This document shows positions 11,960-24,108 of a stretch of 64,000 nt of DNA, one piece after another. The notes below the pieces were generated by a model that saw nothing but the letters and a program-made list of their open reading frames with translations, had not been told where the DNA came from and made no database searches. The position numbers and the translations under genes are program-made. How positions within the stretch are numbered: position 1 is the stretch's first letter; the number at the start of each line of letters is the position of its first letter. Origin of the DNA: Macrostomum lignano (taxonomy: Eukaryota); the NCBI GenBank assembly GCA_002269645.1, contig NIVC01000105.1, positions 225,992 through 289,991 on the forward strand, read 5' to 3'.

Positions 11960-13935
11960 CTTCATCTACAGATTGTTATAGTTGATCTACAGATTGGTAT
12001 AGTTGATCTACAGACTGGTATAGTTGATCTACAGATTGGTATAGTTGATCTACAGATTGGCATAGTTGATCTACAGATTTGCATAGTTGATCTACAGATT
12101 TGCATAGTTGATCTACAGATTTGCTCTACAGACTTGATCTACAGACTGGTATAGTTGATCTACAGATTGGCATAGTTGATCTACAGATTTGCATAGTTGA
12201 TCTACAGACAGGTATAGTTGATCTACAGACTGGTATAGTTGATCTACAGACTGGTATAGTTGATCTAAAGATTGGCATAGTTAATCTACAGATTGTTATA
12301 GTTGATCTACAGACTGGTATAGTTGATCTACAGATTGTTATAGTTGATCTACAGACTGGTATAGTTGATCTACAGATTGGCATAGTTGATCTACAGACTG
12401 GTATAGTTGATCTACAGATTGTTATAGGTGATCTACAGACTGGCATAGTTAATCTACAGACTGGCATAGTTGATCTACAGATTGTTATAGTTGATCTACA
12501 GACTGGCATAGTTAATCTACAGACTGGCATAGTTGATCTACAGATTGTTATAGTTAATCTACAGACTGGCATAGTTAATCTACAGACTGGCATAGTTAAT
12601 CTACAGATTGGCATAGTTGATATACAGACTGGCATAGTTAATCTACAGACTGGCATAGTTGATCTACAGATTGTTATAGTTGATCTACAGACTGGTATAG
12701 TTGATCTACAGACTGGTATAGTTGATCTAAAGATTGGCATAGTTAATCTACAGATTGTTATAGTTGATCTACAGACTGGTATAGTTGATCTACAGACTGG
12801 TATAGTTGATCTACAGATTGTTATAGTTGATCTACAGACTGGCATAGTTAATCTACAGACTGGCATAGTTAATCTACAGACTGGCATAGTTGATCTACAG
12901 ATTGTTATAGTTAATCTACAGACTGGCATAGTTAATCTACAGACTGGCATAGTTAATCTACAGATTGGCATAGTTGATATACAGACTGGCATAGTTAATC
13001 TACAGACTGGCATAGTTGATCTACAGATTGTTATAGTTGATCTACAGACTGGTATAGTTGATCTACAGATTGATATAGTTGATCTACAGACTGGTATAGT
13101 TGATCTACAGATTGATATAGTTGATCTACAGATTGTTATAGTTGATCTACAGACTGGTATAGTTGATCTACAGATTGTTATAGTTGATCTACAGATTGGT
13201 ATAGTTGATCTGCAGATTGTTATAGTTGATCTAAAGATTGGCATAGTTAATCTATACAGATTGTTATAGTTGATCTACAGATTGTTATAGTTGATCTACA
13301 GATTGTTATAGTTGATCTACAGACTGGTATAGTTGATCTACAGATTGTTATAGTTGATCTACAGACTGGTATAGTTGATCTAAAGATTGGCATAGTTGAT
13401 CTACAGATTGGCATAGTTAATCTACAGACTGGCATAGTTGATCTACAGACTGGCATAGTTAATCTACAGACTGGCATAGTTAATCTACAGACTGGCATAG
13501 TTAATCTACAGACTGGCATAGTTAATCTACAGACTGGCATAGTTAATCTACAGACTGGCATAGTTAATCTACAGACTGGCATAGTTAATCTACAGACTGG
13601 CATAGTTAATCTACAGACTGGCATAGTTAATCTACAGACTGGCATAGTTAATCTACAGACTGGCATAGTTAATCTACAGACTGGCATAGTTAATCTACAG
13701 ACTGGCATAGTTAATCTACAGACTGGCATAGTTAATCTACAGACTGGCATAGTTAATCTACAGACTGGCATAGTTGATCTACAGATTGGCATAGTTAATC
13801 TACAGACTGGCATAGTTGATCTACAGACTGGCATAGTTAATCTACAGACTGGCATAGTTAATCTACAGACTGGCATAGTTGATCTACAGACTGGCATTTT
13901 TGATCTACAGACTGGCATACTTGATCTATCGACTG
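11960..13935. repeat. 21-bp minisatellite (ATAGTTGATCTACAGACTGGC)n, ~94 copies
   Basis: Visible period; stop-free frames give the (IVDLQTG)n and (MPVCRLT)n pseudo-ORFs. Confidence 0.98.
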
Positions 13936-14449
13936 TTATAGTTGGTCAAAATTTAACAAAAATAACAAGAAAATTTCAATTCACGGTCATGATTTTCCTT
14001 GCTACTCTACTAATCGTGTAACAGTCAGTAGAAAGTAAAGAAAGGGTTACTTTTTTAAACTCAAGTTACATAAAAAAATTCACAATATTCGCAAGCACTG
14101 TTTATTTGTAGCAATCGTGAGCAGTATTAAGGGTAATCTGTAATAACTAGATAATTATTTTGTATGATTACATTTACATCATCAATTAGAATCTAAATCA
14201 TCTGAATCTGAATGAATCATACATTTGCTTTTTATTGACTTTTAAATATTTTAGCTAAAAACCTTACAATCTAGGCAGATACAGTGTGTACAGAGCCTGT
14301 TATTAGTTAATGGCCAAATTTCTACTCAGTATAATTCCACATATTATTGTACATGTGCAGACACATTTCTGGCTACAGCAACAGCAAAGAATCAAACTTC
14401 AATAGCAGATCGATAATTTCATGATTAGTCGATGAATAAAATTGATAAG

Positions 14450-14680
14450 GAGACTAGGGTGAGACTGGAGTGAGATCGTAAAGAAAGAACGGAAGAGATT
14501 ATGGAGATTTATGGCAAAATTGGGGCGAGATTAGGGTGTGATTAGGGTGAGACTAGGGTGAGATTAGGGTGAGACTCGGGTGAGATTTGGGTGAGATTTG
14601 GGTGAACTGGCCGGTGGGATTAAGTTGAGATTAGGGTGAGATTAGCATGAGAGTGGATAGGAAAACTTCAGTGAGAATCT
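14450..14680. repeat. Degenerate 11-bp repeat (GGGTGAGATTA)n; similar short tract at ~9440-9500
   Basis: Visible imperfect period. Confidence 0.75.
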
Positions 14681-14905
14681 GAAAGCTTCACAGAACATGA
14701 TTGCGAGACCTAACAGAGGTAAAGCGGGCGAAAAATAAAACAGAATGACAAAAGATATATAACACAAACAAAAAAGAAATAAAGTAAGCGGAGCTAAAAA
14801 AGGAGCTGACACAATGCTTGGAGGCGAGAGTCAAGAACAGGAGAGAAAGACAGCACCAGAGGAATCATCGCACGGAAGCAGCACATGTTTGTCTTCATCA
14901 GTTGT

Positions 14906-15571
14906 TTACGCCTTCTCAGTTTTCTTTCGCGACCTGCGCCCGAAACAGGCGCCAAGGCGACTAGAAATTTTCGACTTCTTCCTCCCAGCTTCATAAGCAA
15001 CATCAGCTGCGGTCTCGAACACTTCGGTGACATTCTCCCGAGTTTTGGCGCTGCACAGGAAATGACTGGTAGCTCCAATATTGTCAGCCAGCTTCTCAAC
15101 TTCATCTCGGGTGACGCAGTCGGCCGCCGAGCTCGCCAAGTCGTTCTTGCAACCGACAAGCAGCAGAGCCGCCCTGGGGCAGTAGTGCCGCACCTCCGGG
15201 TACCAGGTGTCGCGGACATTGTTGAAGCTGTCCCGGCTGTCCATGGCGAAGCAGATCAGGATGACGTGGGTGTCAGTGTAGGACAGCGGCCGGAGTCTGG
15301 CGTAGGCCTCCTGACCAGCGGTGTCCCACAGGCTCAATGCAATCACCTTGCCCGGCCGAATCTCCATGTCAACTATGCTGGTCTCGAATATTGTCGGCAC
15401 GTAGGCTTCGTAGAACTCGTCTCTGGTGAAGGCGAACAGCAGGGAGGTCTTGCCGCAGGTGCCGTCGCCCACGATCACCAGCTTCCTAGTTGGATATTCG
15501 CCATCAGCGCCGCCGCCACCGCCAATTGACGAGGTGCTTCTTCGGCGAAAGAAATTTTTTCTGTTAACCAT
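14906..15571 (-). CDS. Rho-family small GTPase, intronless CDS, 221 aa, atypical (no CAAX, short insert helix)
   Basis: G1 GDGTCGKT, effector YVPTIFE, G3 WDTAGQEAY followed by RLRPLSY, G4 GCKND, G5 CSAK. First ATG (MVNRKNFF) at 15571; the ORF-track start at 15634 is a TTG upstream of a likely acceptor at ~15592. Confidence 0.93.
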   Translation of the reverse strand: MVNRKNFFRRRSTSSIGGGGGADGEYPTRKLVIVGDGTCGKTSLLFAFTRDEFYEAYVPTIFETSIVDMEIRPGKVIALSLWDTAGQEAYARLRPLSYTDTHVILICFAMDSRDSFNNVRDTWYPEVRHYCPRAALLLVGCKNDLASSAADCVTRDEVEKLADNIGATSHFLCSAKTRENVTEVFETAADVAYEAGRKKSKISSRLGACFGRRSRKKTEKA

Positions 15572-16239
15572 GACTTTGGGTCTCAAGTTAGCTAGGTGAG
15601 AGAGCGAGAGGGCGAGACAGAGAAAATATTTCAATGCGTTATAACAAATCTTAAGCTTGGGGGGTCAGGCCAGCAATATATAACCAACTGAGTCTATTTT
15701 TAGAAACTGAAAGCAGAAACGGGTAGACAGAGAGGTAGAGGTAGAAGACAAGCTAAGCTCTGCAGGGTGGGCCGCGCAAGCAGGTCTGTGAAAGCAAACG
15801 AATATCTATACATAATTGGCTCGCAATTGTAGAGGTAAAATGCGCTAGGAGGGAGGTAGAGGTGGGGGTCGGCGCTGGTCTCGAACGTGCAGATGTGTTT
15901 ACGAAAGAAGGTATAAGGCGTAAGCAAATGCGAAAGACCATAAATGTACAGAAGAGTAGAATTCTGTGTTTCTGTTTCGGGAGGCATTTAGAAAGTGTGC
16001 GTACTAGCGCTATGTCGTCAGTACCTAAAATTAGACATGCATTTTGTTATAAGCCCATAATTGCGAAGCGATAGATATTGCTAGGTTTTTAAAGCTTTTC
16101 TAGTTAATAAATGGCAAGGGTTTCTTATCTCTTCTTGTATAGCGTGTTTTAGCTCATATGCTGAATTGCTTGAACACTTGGCTGCAGCTATGACCTGACA
16201 CCTAAAGCATATACGGGTATATATTCATAGAGCACTTGC

Positions 16240-16820
16240 TGGAAAGGAGAGGTTGGGAAGGGAGGCAGAGAGGAGATGGAGAAAGGAGAGGCTGGGAAGG
16301 GAGGCAGAGAGGAGATGGAGAAAAGAGAGGTTGGGAAGGGAGGCAGAGAGGAGATGGAGAAAGGAGAGGCTGGGAAGGGAGGCAGAGAGGAGAGGGAGAA
16401 AGGAGAGGTTGGGAAGGGAGGCAGAGAGGAGATGGAGAAAGGAGAGGTTGGGAAGGGAGGCAGAGAGGAGAGGGAGAAAGGAGAGGTTGGGAAGGGAGGC
16501 AGAGAGGAGAGGGAGAAAGGAGAGGTTGGGAAGGGAGGCAGAGAGGAGAGGGAGAAAGGAGAGGTTGGGAAGGGAGGCAGAGAGGAGAGGGAGAAAGGAG
16601 TGGTTGGGAAGGGAGGCAGAGAGGAGAGGGAGAAAGGAGTGGTTGGGAAGGGAGGCAGAGAGGAGAGGGAGAAAGGAGTGGTTGGGAAGGGAGGCAGAGA
16701 GGAGAGGTTGGGAAGGGAGGCAGAGAGGAGAGGTTGGGAAGGGAGGCAGAGAGGAGAGGGAGAAAGGAGAGGTTGGGAAGGGAGGCAGAGAGGAGAGGGA
16801 GAGAGGAGAGGAAGAGAAGA
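16240..16820. repeat. 39-bp purine-rich minisatellite (GGAGAGGTTGGGAAGGGAGGCAGAGAGGAGAGGGAGAAA)n
   Basis: Visible period; gives 13-aa periodic pseudo-ORFs in all frames. Confidence 0.95.
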
Positions 16821-17910
16821 GAGGAAACCACAGGATCGAGGCTAAAAGAGTTAAAAAGAGGAGATTAACACGATTAATTCATGGGAGTTCGGTATTGTAT
16901 TTCTCTAAATTCTTAATTAAAAATGGAGAAATGTATGTAGAAATGAGAAAGAAGTTAATCAAGCCTAAAAATATTGCTATTCAGCTGCGAAAAATGTGTT
17001 ACAACTATAACAATCAAGTTTTGTAGACGAACTTTATAAGCATAGACGTGAATGAAATAAGTTGTCAAGTTGTTTGTTAATTATAAGCGCTGTCAGATTG
17101 ATCAGCGGAAATCAATTAAACCCAACTGAAAACAGAACAGAGATTGAGAAATTGTTTTAAGTCTTCTTTCAATACAGTCGTGACATTGTTGTGCGGTTAC
17201 AACAAACTTTTAGCGTTTTAGCTGCATAATAGGCAGAACAGCTGTAACTGCAGGAGACTGGAAATTAGAGAAGATCACAGCAGTGTATGTTGATGTAGAA
17301 CTGCTTTAAACCAGATTCGCCCCTGATTCAATTTCTGCATCATTGAAATTTTTGTAAACACAGATTTTAAAACTGCGAAATTTGAAGATTTCACAAATTT
17401 ATACAATTGAATTTGAAACCAGCCACATACAGATGTTGTTATACTTTCTTGTGCACTCAGTATTTTCTGTGAAAATTTGCTTGTATGTACGGATTGCTTG
17501 CGCAAATGCGCATAACAACAGCTTTATTTTAATGTATTTAAATCAGATTGATCACGCAATTTGGCCTGCATGTACGATTTATGGGCATGTATGACTAACA
17601 ATTTTTATCTATGATATCCAAGTCTTCAGTTGAGAATGAGCAGAATATTTTGCCTACATCAGCTGGGTCGGCAGGCTCTCTGTACGGCTCTCGGGTCGAC
17701 CTTTGGAACTTCAGATCAATGGCAATCCGGCCCGCTCAAGGTTTGCGTCTCTTCTCAGCGTCCTCTGGCGCTTCTCTCCCCTCTTATCTCTCCTCTCCTC
17801 TTTTCTCTCTTCCCTCTCCTTTCATCTCTTATCTTTCCTCTTCTTTCTTCCCTCTCGATTTATCTCTTATCTCTCCTCTCTTCCCGGCCTCTCCCTTTAT
17901 TTCTTATCTC

Positions 17911-19760
17911 CAGTGTTGCCACTGAGCATTGTGACAAAAAAACGCTGAGAGAAAAAAATAACACAGTGCATTTTCATCGTAGATATTACTAATATATTGT
18001 CACTAATGATTAACAACAACAATAACAGTTGAAGACCAACCCCACCTAGAAATACCAAAGTGATAATTAACCAGTAAAGAGACTGAATAACAATTGGAAT
18101 GACGGGAGTACGACGTTTGCTTGCGGGAAGTTTGCTTGCCAAACTTTGCTTGCCAAGCTTTGCTTGCGGAATTTTGCTAGCCGAACTTTGCTAGCCGAAC
18201 TTTGCTTGCAGGAATTTTGCCTGCCGAACTTTGCTTGCGGAATTTTTCTAGCCGAACTTTGCTAGCCGAACTTTGCTTGCAGGAATTTTGCCTGCCGAAC
18301 TTTGCTTGCGGAATTTTGCTAGCCGAACTTTGCTTGCAGGAATTTTGCTAGCCGAACTTTGCTTGCGGAATTTTGCCTGCCGAACTTTGCTTGCGGAATT
18401 TTGCTAGCCGAACTTTGCTAGCCGAACTTTGCTTGCAGGAATTTTGCCTGCCGAACTTTGCTTGCGGAATTTTTCTAGCCGAACTTTGCTAGCCGAACTT
18501 TGCTTGCAGGAATTTTGCCTGCCGAACTTTGCTTGCGGAATTTTGCTAGCCGAACTTTGCTTGCGGAATTTTGCCTGCCGAACTTTGCTTGCGGAAATTT
18601 GCTTGCCGAACTTTGCTTGCCGAAGTTTGCTTGCTGAAGTTTGCTTGCAGGAATTCTGCTTGCAGGAACTTTGCTTTCCGAACTTTGCTTGCAGAATTTC
18701 GATGTCTGCTTCCTAGAAATTCGCAATCACAATTGCAAGGTTTTAACTTGCCGAATTAGATTATTTTCTTGTCTGCTTGCTTGTTTTGATTGCTTGTGAA
18801 GTTGGTCCGTCAATTATTACTTACTACAGATGCTTTGCAAGTGGATTCTTATCAGCGTCGACGTAAACTGACTTGACACTAAGCTTTCAAACTAGGCTTA
18901 TAGAGTTTCATTTTAAGAGTTTAGGGGTCGCAATATAAAGCTGTCGTAGCGTAAGTTCGATCGTACGTTGGAACTTCTACACTACGGAGATGGGAGCTAA
19001 GAACGATCTTATCTTACGATGTTCTGCATTAGGGCTTTTCAAATCCGCCATAACCTCATACAAAATCATAACACTATAGGCGACTTTCACGAATCTTAGA
19101 AAACAAAAATTAGAAATACAAGAGCTCAATAGGTTCTCTAAGGTTCCGCAAGAAAACTGTGGCTGGCAAATCTCGGCAAGCAAAGTTCGGCAAGCAAAGT
19201 TCGGCAGGCAAAATTCTGCAAGCAAAGTTCGGCAAGCAAAGTTCGGCAAGCAAATTTCCGCAAGCAAAGTTCGGCAGGCAAAATTCCGCAAGCAAAGTTC
19301 GGCAAGCAAAGTTCGGCTAGCAAAATTCCGCAAGCAAAGTTCGGCAGGCAAAATTCCTGCAAGCAAAGTTCGGCAAGCAAAGTTCGGCTAGCAAAATTCC
19401 GCAAGCAAAGTTCGGCAGGCAAAATTCCTGCAAGCAAAGTTCGGCTAGCAAAGTTCGGCAGGCAAAATTCCTGCAAGCAAACTTCGGCAAGCAAACTTCG
19501 GCAAGCAAAAGTCCCGCAAGCAAACTTCTCGCAAGCAAATTTCATAGACCCGTTCGATTACCAGCCGATCCGATGCAAATTGTGTCAGGCGCACGGCAAC
19601 GTCCTGGTCTTTCCCTTGCGCCTTGCGCAACCTCTCAATCGCTAGCTGAACTTCTCTTTTTACGGTCAGAATTATTCATTGAAAAAACGCAGGAAAAAGG
19701 AATTCAGCAAATAAAAACACAAAACGCCAGTGTTAAAAAACGCCAAGAGTGGCAACACTG
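17911..19760. mobile_element. Non-autonomous hAT-like DNA transposon, 1850 bp
   Basis: Perfect 13-bp TIRs CAGTGTTGCCACT (17911) / AGTGGCAACACTG (19748-19760) and perfect 8-bp TSD CTTATCTC (17903-17910, 19761-19768). No transposase ORF inside. Confidence 0.88.
18102..19553. repeat. Foldback-like inverted arms built of ~14-15-bp subrepeats (GCCGAACTTTGCTT)n, with a ~450-bp spacer, inside the hAT element
   Basis: The left array at 18114-18715 is the reverse complement of the right array at 19170-19540. Outer ends ACGGG-N9-TTTGCTTGCG are related in inverted orientation. Confidence 0.88.
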
Positions 19761-21524
19761 CTTATCTCTCCTCTTCTCTCTTCCCTCTCCCTTTTATCTC
19801 TTATCTCTCCTCTTCTCTTCTCTCTTCCCTCTCCCTTTTATCTCTTATCTCTCCTCTTCTCTTCTCTCTTCCCTCTCCCTTTTATCTCTTATCTTTCCTC
19901 TTCTCTTCTCTCTTCCCTCTCCCTTTTATCTCTTATCTTTCCTCTTCTCTTCTCTCTTCCCTCTCCCTTTTATCTCTTATCTCTCCTCTTCTCTTCTCTC
20001 TTCCCTCTCCCTTTTATCTCTTATCTCTCCTCTTCTCTTCTCTCTTCCCTCTCTCTCCCTTTTAGCTCTTATCTCTCCTCTTCTCTTCTCTCTTCCCTCT
20101 CCCTTCAATCTATTATCTCTCCTCTCCTTTTTTCCCTCTCCCTTTCTCCTTTCATCTCTCCTCTCCTCTCTTCTCTCTTCCCTCTCCCTTCAATCTATTA
20201 TCTCTCCTCTCCTTTTTTCCCTCTCCCTCTCCCTTTCTCCTTTCATCTCTCTTCTCCTCTTTTCTCTCTTCCCTCTCCCTTTCCTCTCTTCTCCCTCTCC
20301 TCTCGTTTCAGCTGTCTCATCTGGTCCGCAGCCATCGGGCTGCATTCTTTATCTGGTCCTTGAGGCAAAAAAGTAAGAAGGCCCCGCATGGTCTATACAC
20401 ACATGATCAAGGCGATGAAATAAATGAATAAGCTTTAATGAAAAAAACAGTTGAAAATGCTAACTATATCTGACAGAAGTTACAGCCCTGTTGTTTGGAC
20501 TTTGACACACCGAATCTCAAGCCATGGTCTATGATTCAGTAACAGATGTCCACAATACACATGCGCATGGCCCAAAACTTAAAGCTTAAAAACTAAGGTA
20601 CAAATATGGCTATAAATTAATCGTAGTTCACATTCAAAGCACCGTGTACACCATCTATGCAAGGGTAAGAGATAAGACATTCTCTGTGTCCAGGGAGACT
20701 CCCCCATACGATGGCAGCGTACTAACCCAAACCAAATCTGCTTAACTCGGATTTTTGTGCACAAATAAAAATGAAGCAAAAACCTCTCAAAAAACCAGAG
20801 CTGTTTCTTTAATTGTCATCATCAGTCTGAAAGGTACCCAGCAACCAGCACGTGCAGAATACGTGTAAAGCAACATATTTATGTATATTTAATTGAATTC
20901 AAAATTAACATACTCATTAATACATAATAATAGGATACAATAACAATAATGATAAACGAATGAGTTGAATGCAAACCAGCACAGAATATATATGTATTAA
21001 ATTTGCTACTATCAGTAGTCGCTAAATAATAAGACATTTATTCTATTGAAAAGTTGGCCAAAATTGCAAAATTATTATTATTAATAATAATAATATACTT
21101 ATACAATAATTGACAGCAATTTTACTACACACGCACACAAAGCGACGAAGCAGCGCAGCAACTCTGACTAAAAAGCATCGGAAATCCAAGACAAGCACTT
21201 CAAGACAAGTACGTTTAGATTCGAAAAAAAACATCGCAAACAAACAGACGAGAAGATACAAGCTTAATTAACTTTTGACCGATTTCAAACAAACTAAAAC
21301 AACAAAGACGAAATTAACGAATTCCCGGAAAGCTCTCAGGGTAGGTAACGGGTGCACAGACAGGTAGACAGAGGCATCGAGCAACTGCATCTTGTGATGG
21401 TGCAGACACCAGATCAAAGAGCAGATTTGCTTAGATTTGTTAAATCAGACTAATAAAAAATTATTTTTTTTCGGAATGGTTATGGCTGTTACTGGGGAAG
21501 GTGATTCTGAGGGAAAGGAGCGTC

Positions 21525-22310
21525 TCAGTGAGATTATCCAAGTAGTTTGGGGGAGAATCTCAATGAGATTATCCTAATAGTGTGGGGGGAACCTAAATGA
21601 GATTATCCTAGTAGCTTGCGGGAGAATCTTAATGAGATTATCCAAGTAGTTTGGGGGAGAATCTCAATGAGATTATCCTAATAGTGTGGGGGGAACCTAA
21701 ATGAGATTATCCTAGTAGCTTGCGGGAGAATCTTAATGAGATTATCCAAGTAGTTTGGGGGAGAATCTCAATGAGATTATCCTAATAGTGTGGGGGGAAC
21801 CTAAATGAGATTATCCTAGTAGCTTGCGGGAGAATCTTAATGAGATTATCCAAGTAGTTTGGGGGAGAATCTCAATGAGATTATCCTAATAGTGTGGGGG
21901 GAGAGTCTTAATGAGATTTTTCTAGTAGTTCGGGGGGAGACTTTCAATGAGATTATCCTAATAGTATGGGGGGAACCTAAATGAGATTATCCTAGTAGCT
22001 TGGGGGCGAATCTCAATGAGATTATCCAAGTAGTTTGGGGGAGAATCTCAATGAGATTATCCTAATAGTATGGGGGGAACCTAAATGAGATTATTCTAGT
22101 AGCTTGGGGGAGAATCTCAATGAGATTATCCTAATAGTCTGGGGGAAACCTAAATGAGATTATCCAAGTATTTTGGGGGAGAATCTCAATGAGATTATCC
22201 TAATAGTATGGGGGGAACCTAAATGAGATTAATAAGTAGTTTGAGGAAGAATCTCAATGAGTATAATCTAATTATCCTAAGTTTGGGGAAGTCTCAGTGA
22301 GATTATCCTT
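21525..22310. repeat. ~35-bp minisatellite (GAGATTATCC..AGT..GGGGGAGAATCTCAAT) with a 104-bp trimeric higher-order repeat
   Basis: GAGATT starts at 21530, 21565, 21599 and 21634, and three unit variants cycle in order. Confidence 0.93.
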
Positions 22311-22369
22311 GCGGTTCAATCAAAAGATGGAGTGACTGATGGTTAATTAGACTAGCTAACAATAGACAC

Positions 22370-22600
22370 CTACTTGGATACCAGCTGCCGCATCAATTGA
22401 CTCGTTAGTTTTTCCAGCTTTTTAACGTCTTGCGCGTGTTCAGTTTTGTACTTGACGGTCACGTGATCGTTAGTAACCTTGAGCACCAGCACTCCTTGAG
22501 CCGGCTGGTAGCTGACGGTTACTCGACACCGTTTTGGATCTTCAGCGAACATCATGTCCACCACTTGGGCGAACTGCTCCCAGGTCTCTGCGATTGTCAT
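22370..22600 (-). CDS. SRP9: Signal recognition particle 9 kDa protein, single coding exon, 76 aa
   Basis: TWEQF...DPKRCRV...GVLVLKVTND....KYKTEHAQDVKKLEKLTSQLMRQLVSK matches the SRP9 pattern (human TWEEF..[38 protein letters not shown]). Confidence 0.95.
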   Translation of the reverse strand: MTIAETWEQFAQVVDMMFAEDPKRCRVTVSYQPAQGVLVLKVTNDHVTVKYKTEHAQDVKKLEKLTSQLMRQLVSK

Positions 22601-22859
22601 GGCCTAAACTGATTTTGAGAAGTCAGTTGCGATGCAATGGGGATCGAGACGAGATTATCGCTGCGATAGCCTTTGGCATGAAATTGAAAAATAGAAACAA
22701 TAGAAACTTTATGGGCTGTGCTAGCGACGATACCACAATACATGCAATAAGCCATTGATTACTTAACTCTAATTCTATAGGGAAATTCGACAACAATATA
22801 CTAATAGGCGTCATTTTGGGAAACGGATAAATTTGCGTAGGGGGGTTCTTATGGAATAA

Positions 22860-23465
22860 TCATTGAGTAGGGGGTCAGTAAGGGAATAGGATAATCTGAG
22901 TAGGGGGTCAGTAAGGGAATAGGATAATCTTTGAGTAGGGGGTCAGTAAGGGAATGGGATAATATTTGAGTAGGGGGTCAGTAAGGGAATGGGATAATAT
23001 TTGAGTAGGGGGTCAGTAAAGGAATGGTATAATCCTTGAGTAGGGGATCAGTAAAGGAATGGGATAATCCTTGAGTAGGGGGTCAGTAAGGGAATGGGAT
23101 AATCCTTGAGTAGGGGGTCAGTAAGGGAATGGGATAATCCTTTAGTAGGGGGTCAGTAAGGGAATGGGATAATATTTGTGTAGGGGGTCAGTAAGGGAAT
23201 GGGATAATCTTTGTGTAGGGGGTCAGTAAGGGAATGGGATAATATTTGTGTAGGGGGTCAGTAAGGGAATGGGATAATATTTGTGTAGGGGGTCAGTAAG
23301 GGAATGGGATAATATTTGAGTAGGGGGTCAGTTAGGGAATGGGATAATCTTTGAGTAGGGGGTCTGAGCAGGGGGTCAGTTAGGGAATGGGATAATCTTT
23401 GAGTAGGGGGTCTGAGCAGGGGGTCAGTTAGGGAATGGGATAATCTTTGAGTAGGTCGGGGTCAC
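22860..23465. repeat. 35-bp G-rich minisatellite (GAGTAGGGGGTCAGTAAGGGAATGGGATAATCTTT)n
   Basis: Units start at 22933 and 22968, and continue with the same period. Confidence 0.95.
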
Positions 23466-24108
23466 TTAGGGAATAACCGTGGTCTATCTGTCAGAGACTA
23501 TCAGTACAGATTAATCGGAAATTAATAAGCGATACACACCCAAAAAGTGTGAGTGAGCACTTGTAGCCGATAAAAATGACACAAAACCAACTGAAAAAGC
23601 AGATTAGCAGCAGTGAGCCGCCAATGCAAAGGGGGGGGGGCATTTATTGTATTAAACGGTAGCAACTTACAACATAAAAATATGCTTAATTATGACGTAT
23701 GGTAACTTACTTGACGATAACTATGTGCTAATAATTATGTATGAATAAGATAAATTTTCAAGTTTCAATGACAGCAATAAATGGATTAATAATGTAACAC
23801 TAGGAATTGGGGTAAAAAACACGAAGCTACTATAAGTAGTAATGCATGAAACAAATTATCTGATGCTAGTTGCGAAGATTACGCGCAGATTATATTTACA
23901 CAGAAATTAACCCAAACAAACACACAGCAGGATAGACGATAGTTAAACAAAAAAGACTGAAAAAATTAATAATAGTAAAAAAACAGTTTGCGATTTGTGA
24001 ATAATAATAACAATAATAAACTTCAGACTACTCACATTCAGGCGTTTGTAATTAAACAAAAGGTGACAATAAAATGGTCAACAATCAATCAAATCAATCA
24101 ATCAGTGC

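Larger units (their letters stand above)
17770..20300. repeat. CT-rich ~44-bp tandem tract (17770-17910 and 19761-20300), split by the hAT insertion
   Basis: The same CTTATCTCTCCTCTTCTC-type unit lies on both sides of the insertion. Confidence 0.85.

Noticed and set aside
12121-13918. Long ORFs of 382, 372 and 223 aa that look like repeat or coiled-coil proteins
   Set aside because: They are translations of a 21-bp minisatellite, open on both strands, with no unique flanking coding sequence or splice signals.
15572-15634. Hydrophobic signal-peptide-like N-terminus (MKYFLCLALSL) on the Rho ORF
   Set aside because: It starts at TTG and overlaps a polypyrimidine tract and acceptor; the first ATG is at 15571.
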